Source of the DNA: Formosa sp. Hel1_33_131
GTDB lineage: Bacteria > Bacteroidota > Bacteroidia > Flavobacteriales > Flavobacteriaceae
Assembly: GCF_001735745.1 (NCBI RefSeq)
Contig: NZ_CP017260.1
Location: 2,250,001 to 2,282,000, forward strand
Length of the DNA stretch: 32,000 nucleotides
Direction: 5' to 3'
Shown here: piece after piece, positions 27,774-32,000 of the stretch
How positions within the stretch are numbered: position 1 is the first letter of the stretch
Layout: the number at the start of each line of letters is the position of its first letter
The notes under the pieces: model-generated
Databases searched by the model: none
What the model saw: only the letters and a program-made list of their open reading frames with translations
Told to the model about the DNA's origin: nothing
Program-made: the position numbers and the translations under genes

Positions 27774-29932
27774 ACCACGTAAACACCATGAGTCACTTTT
27801 CTTATAAGTTTTAAGTCAATAAACCTTCTCAATATATCAGCCAAAGTTCTCTCTTTTATATTAAGCGCCTTAGCCTTTTCTAAGATATCAACCCTTTTTA
27901 CTTCTCCTTGAGATTTCATCCAAGTTAGTAATTGATTCTGGGTTTTATTAAGCTTACTTGAGTCCTTATTTATCTTATTTAGTATACCAATACTGTGTGT
28001 TAAATACACCTTCTCAACAAGGTCCAGCGAAGTTTTAAACTCTAAGTCACTGCAGGTAATCTCAGGCTCATCAGACCTTAATGCTGCAAGTGTCATTGCA
28101 ATCTTAAAAGTCATCAGTCCCAGTCTATAAATAATACCTGAAACATCATCATTGTAGAGAACAGAGTTGTGTCCAAGAGCCTCAGAGAATACCTCATCCA
28201 GCTGCATACCCTGCGCTCTAGTCATAACAAATTTCTGAATGTTGTTGCTTCTAAACTTATTACATAAGTCAGCGCTAAAGCCCTTAAATATCTCGTTGTT
28301 ACTAACTGTTATAGCCTCCGTATAAGTACTTCTCCACTTCTGTTTAGCACTAAAGGAGTAAAATATAAACCTACTAAACAAGCCGTCTTGAATTGATGTA
28401 ATTAAGGTGTCTAGCTGGTTGGGTGTTCCTGTAATTGCAACACTAAATTTAGGTTCCTTAATTTCAGAATAGTCAAGGTCTGTCATCCTGCTTTTTGATA
28501 TTATTTCAGCATGGAATCCTTTCCTGAGAACATCCGAGTAGCTACCCCAATCTTGTTTTAATGTATTGGTTAGCGTGTCTGCCTCTGTCTCACAGATACA
28601 GCCCATACCATCATTATCCTCTAGATGTTTTATCATCATGGCAGATGAGGTGTCGGCAGGTATAAAGTACATGCTTGTCTTTGGCTCTTCAGGCTCAATT
28701 AGAGCCTCTAGCTGCGCATCAGTTTTTGCCTTTTTAAGTTTTAAGCCAAACAAACGTTTTGCCTTCTTATACTCCTTAAGCTCCTCCTTACTCTGACTAA
28801 ATAGTAAGTCATGAAAGCAGTCTCCCAGTTGTTTAGCAAACTTCATACTACCCTTACCACTAGCTGGAGGTGCAATTACAAAGCTATACAGGTTAGGAAA
28901 CACCTTCTCCTTGTCATATAACCCATAGACGTTGTGTAAGCCGCCACTAATTACAGACAATGCAGAGGTTAGGAAGACGTCCCTTTTTCTTCCATCGAAA
29001 ACATTACAAGCATCTCTGAGTGTTATAGGTAAAGCCTCATAAATATATTCAGGAATCATTGGTGAAGAATCCACAACAACCTCAACAACATCATCTTTGG
29101 CAGATATGGCAGGTTGGCGAGCGCTACCATTCTCGTTTACATTATTCTCATAGCCACTTTTAATGGCAGATTCTATCTCATTTTCAGGAAAAGAATCATC
29201 ACTATAAGAACAAGCATAGTTACAGGTGTCACTAATATCAACACCACACCTATTTGCATTACAAGCAAAAGAGAAGACAAAGTTATTTCTATTACCTTCA
29301 ATAAATTCTTCTTTGTTTGCAGTAAAATTCCAAACCCAATCTAAATCCTTTTGAGATATGGTTTCATTACTTGGATAGCTTTGATAATTGAAAACCTTTG
29401 AGTTTTCATTTAAATACATATCACTATCATAGGATACAAAACAAAGCCTTAAAACATCTTTTACAGACTTATCAGACTCAACATCTAATAGGTTGTCATA
29501 ATAGCTTCTTAATGCATTAAAAGCATAGGTGTGTGTGCTTAAATCATTATCACATTTAACTAATACTTTTAATCCTTTTCCTGAAGGACTTACAAAAGCA
29601 GCATAGGTATAAGGATTGCTTATTATTTTAGACTTTATATCTTGAACATTATCAAGCTTGTCGTAATCTAAATGTAATAAGCCTGAATAAGATTCTACAT
29701 TTTCTTTTTTACGCTTACCTTTATAAGTAGCAGATATAGTAAAAGCAGGGAGTTTTAATTTTAACTCATTTGCTTGTTTAGTATTTCCACTATTTACTTG
29801 ATACTGAATATCTTCTATTTGCTTTTTCCAAAAGCCTTTCTTGATTTGTTCAAGAACTTTTTGAACCTCTACTGTTCTGTTGTTTGACCCATCTAATGAG
29901 TCTGAAAAAATAATTTTTTTCATTTTTTTCAT
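27767..29932 (-). CDS. Mobile-element primase-helicase: VirE_N/BT4734-like (AEP primase-polymerase-like) N-domain plus DUF3987 P-loop domain plus C-terminal wHTH-like tail
   Basis: Probable start is ATG 29932 (MKKMKKIIF); the track start at 29962 is TTG. The N-domain has LPAFTISATY...GLLHLDYDKLDN (DxD) and AAFVSPSGKGLKVLV. The central part has APPASGKGS (Walker A-like) and YFIPADTSSAMMIKHLEDNDGMGCICETEADTL, typical of DUF3987 proteins of Bacteroidota integrative/mobilisable elements. Confidence 0.7.
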   Translation of the reverse strand: MKKMKKIIFSDSLDGSNNRTVEVQKVLEQIKKGFWKKQIEDIQYQVNSGNTKQANELKLKLPAFTISATYKGKRKKENVESYSGLLHLDYDKLDNVQDIKSKIISNPYTYAAFVSPSGKGLKVLVKCDNDLSTHTYAFNALRSYYDNLLDVESDKSVKDVLRLCFVSYDSDMYLNENSKVFNYQSYPSNETISQKDLDWVWNFTANKEEFIEGNRNNFVFSFACNANRCGVDISDTCNYACSYSDDSFPENEIESAIKSGYENNVNENGSARQPAISAKDDVVEVVVDSSPMIPEYIYEALPITLRDACNVFDGRKRDVFLTSALSVISGGLHNVYGLYDKEKVFPNLYSFVIAPPASGKGSMKFAKQLGDCFHDLLFSQSKEELKEYKKAKRLFGLKLKKAKTDAQLEALIEPEEPKTSMYFIPADTSSAMMIKHLEDNDGMGCICETEADTLTNTLKQDWGSYSDVLRKGFHAEIISKSRMTDLDYSEIKEPKFSVAITGTPNQLDTLITSIQDGLFSRFIFYSFSAKQKWRSTYTEAITVSNNEIFKGFSADLCNKFRSNNIQKFVMTRAQGMQLDEVFSEALGHNSVLYNDDVSGIIYRLGLMTFKIAMTLAALRSDEPEITCSDLEFKTSLDLVEKVYLTHSIGILNKINKDSSKLNKTQNQLLTWMKSQGEVKRVDILEKAKALNIKERTLADILRRFIDLKLIRKVTHGVYVVR

Positions 29933-30612
29933 TTTAAAATTAAAGGTTTGCCAAACCGCCAAACCTGCCTTTTGAGACAGAGAAACCTTTTGAAATTAGG
30001 CAGAGTTATTCTTGCTCCCATTTTGGGAGTCTTTTTTTGATAGCTACGTACTATTATTCTGTAACTATAAATTAGATGTCGAGGAAATACTATTTCATTG
30101 GCATAATGTTTATGCCAACAGTTTTTGAATGAAGTTGAATAATCCGTATCTTTGAGGTGCTTAAACATCAAGTCAATGGTTTTCGATTTCGGTCAATTCT
30201 ATTGGCTTTTTTACTTTCTCAAAGGTCGTGGATTACAGAACTTTTTCAAAAAAATAAGGGCCAAACATATCAACAAAGTTTTCAACATAAGTTCTTGATT
30301 ATTAGCTGTTTATTACTTGCGTATTATTTGTTTTTTATTTGTTTATTGTTTGTTTCAAGCACACAATAATTTGTAGATTAGGCTAGCAAATATCGATGCT
30401 TTTAGAAGGGTTTCATCATTTCAAATAATGAAAATTACTATCCTTAAATTAAAAATATTACTAACTTTACAATTTAAAAATTAGAGCTATTAAAACTTTT
30501 TTGCTTCATACAATCTGTGGAATATGTTAGTTCTTACTAAAAAGACTAAAATAATGACTAGTGGAAGGGTTAATTGAAATTTCTTATCTTTGAAATATAA
30601 ACCAATTTAATA

Positions 30613-31395
30613 ATGAAAAAACTACTCTTACTCTCCGCCTTTCTAATTTTCGCTTGTAGTAGTGATGATAGTAATAATGAGGAAAATACAACTACTGGAC
30701 AAAAAAAGCTAGTATCTTTTGAGATTATTGAGGATGATAACTTGTGTGTTGGCGGAAAAAACTACAGCTGTATTTATGAAAATGATAAAATTATTACTAA
30801 ATCATATCAAGGTTATAGGTCTTCTTGCTATTCAAATAATTCAGACAATTGGAATTACAACAATAGATACCAAACTAATTATGAATATTTATCTAATAAA
30901 ATTCTTGTAACTAGTCCAGAAGATGAAGGTGAGGTTAATCTTGATGAAAATGGACTAGCTATTGGGGTTCAATTTCTAAATGGAGAATTGATATCAAATG
31001 GAGATATAACCTTTGCTTGGGAAGGTGGGAATGTATTACAGGCAGAAATAGAAAACTATAGTCTTTTATCAATAGACTATTCATCTATTCTGAATAACAC
31101 AAATTTTATTCATCCTTTATTTGTTGATACTGATTTAGCATTGAGTGGTGAGTATATTGCTTTAATAGTTAGTGGTGCTGCAGGAAAAACCTTAACAAAT
31201 TTACCGCTTAGAACAATTAAACGTAATTCAAATGGGGAAATCCTAAGCGAAAGTATGTGGTCATATGTAATGGATGATGAAAATTATCCGATTTATATAA
31301 AAATTGACCTTGCAACATACGAAAACAATGAGTTTGATTATGGTAAAGACTTGCCTAGAAGATTAATAACTTATAAACTCACTTACAACAACTAA
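30613..31395 (+). CDS. Hypothetical lipoprotein
   Basis: Lipobox LIFA|CSSDD. 260 aa, Asn/Tyr-rich, no recognisable catalytic motif. Confidence 0.6.
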   Translation: MKKLLLLSAFLIFACSSDDSNNEENTTTGQKKLVSFEIIEDDNLCVGGKNYSCIYENDKIITKSYQGYRSSCYSNNSDNWNYNNRYQTNYEYLSNKILVTSPEDEGEVNLDENGLAIGVQFLNGELISNGDITFAWEGGNVLQAEIENYSLLSIDYSSILNNTNFIHPLFVDTDLALSGEYIALIVSGAAGKTLTNLPLRTIKRNSNGEILSESMWSYVMDDENYPIYIKIDLATYENNEFDYGKDLPRRLITYKLTYNN

Positions 31396-31941
31396 ATGAA
31401 AAAACTACTCTTACTCTCCGCTTTATTAATCTTCGCTTGTTCAAGTGATTAAAGTTCGGATACGAATGATAATAATAATGCTCAAAATGATAGTATAATT
31501 GGGACTTGGAAACTTTATAATATTCAAATATTTAATCAAAATGATGAATTATTGATGGATTTTATAATAAGCGGAACTGATTGTTTTGATATGGGCGACT
31601 GTCAATTAAATTCAGACTATGTTGAATTTACTGACAGTACTTTCACTGCATATACCTTTTGGGAAGAAGAAAGTTCTGATTGTCAAAATGGAGATATTAT
31701 GATAGTTGATGGATGTACAAATGTATATATCAGTACCGCCAGTTATAACTTGAATAATTCTATTATAAACTATTCAGATTATATTGAAGAAAACCTTATA
31801 TGTAATGAGACAACTGAACCTCAAGATGACAGCACGCCATTTAGTATAGAAAACGACAAATTAAAAATATACAATCAAACCCAACAAATAGAATGTTTTG
31901 ATGAGCCTCATTATTATGTTTTTACATATCAAAGACAATAA
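31396..31941 (+). pseudogene. Lipocalin-like lipoprotein gene with an in-frame TAA at codon 19
   Basis: ATG 31396 abuts the previous stop. MKKLLLLSALLIFACSSD then TAA (31450-31452). The same frame continues SSDTNDNNNAQNDSIIGTWKLYNIQIF... into the 31552-31941 ORF. GTWKL is a typical lipocalin-like domain start. The signal-peptide DNA is nearly identical to 30613-30669. Confidence 0.55.
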
Positions 31942-32000
31942 ATAATTAACACTTTTCAACCCTGCTAATCGGCAATAGCAAGTCAGTTGCTTCTACTAAA

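Noticed and set aside
29929-30369. ORFs 29929-30171 (minus, 80 aa) and 30157-30369 (plus, 70 aa) as the missing excisionase/HTH gene of the element
   Set aside because: Neither translation shows helix-turn-helix character. The first overlaps the primase start and its structured leader, and the second is a hydrophobic low-complexity read of AT-rich DNA.
31450-31452. Programmed recoding (Sec/Pyl or reassigned stop) at the in-frame stop of the second lipoprotein gene
   Set aside because: The codon is TAA, not TGA or TAG. All other genes in the window terminate normally with standard stops, including TAA, so a nonsense mutation or sequencing error is more parsimonious.

Overview
This is a low-GC chromosomal segment that looks like a Flavobacteriia (Bacteroidota) genome. 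That placement is an inference from three things: the gene set, QAQ-type signal peptides, and a TTG/TAnnTTTG promoter upstream of the tRNA operon. A conserved housekeeping block at ~7.6-26.2 kb carries pcm, a DUF5686-like outer-membrane protein, smpB, a histidine phosphatase, ytxJ, a TlpA-like redoxin, hutH, clpC, gyrA, a TPR protein, an NlpC/P60 peptidase, a thiolase and a PgpH-like 7TM-HD protein. Two accessory regions flank it.

Left accessory region (1-7.5 kb):
- A frameshifted fibre-like gene.
- A 1820-aa secreted, phage-tail-fibre-like giant protein. It has four mosaic near-identical modules, a glycine-rich domain and a C-terminal S74-type intramolecular chaperone domain.
- An ISL3 transposase remnant butted against a truncated permease fragment.

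Right accessory region (26.3-32 kb):
- A tRNA operon (Ser-GCT, Pro-TGG, Pro-TGG, Arg-TCT). The tRNA-Pro unit is triplicated, and the middle copy is interrupted only by short hairpin insertions of the form GTCACGC-N4-7-GCGTGAC.
- An integrase-less remnant of a Bacteroidota-type mobile element with a VirE_N/DUF3987 primase-helicase.
- A 650-bp ORF-free stretch packed with GGGTTA-type repeats.
- Two tandem lipoprotein genes, one carrying an in-frame TAA.

The most interesting items are the orphan tail-fibre-like giant gene with its recombining modules, the hairpin-invaded tRNA-Pro array, and the repeat-dense non-coding block beside the primase gene. All domain assignments come from motifs read by eye. 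No database search was run.
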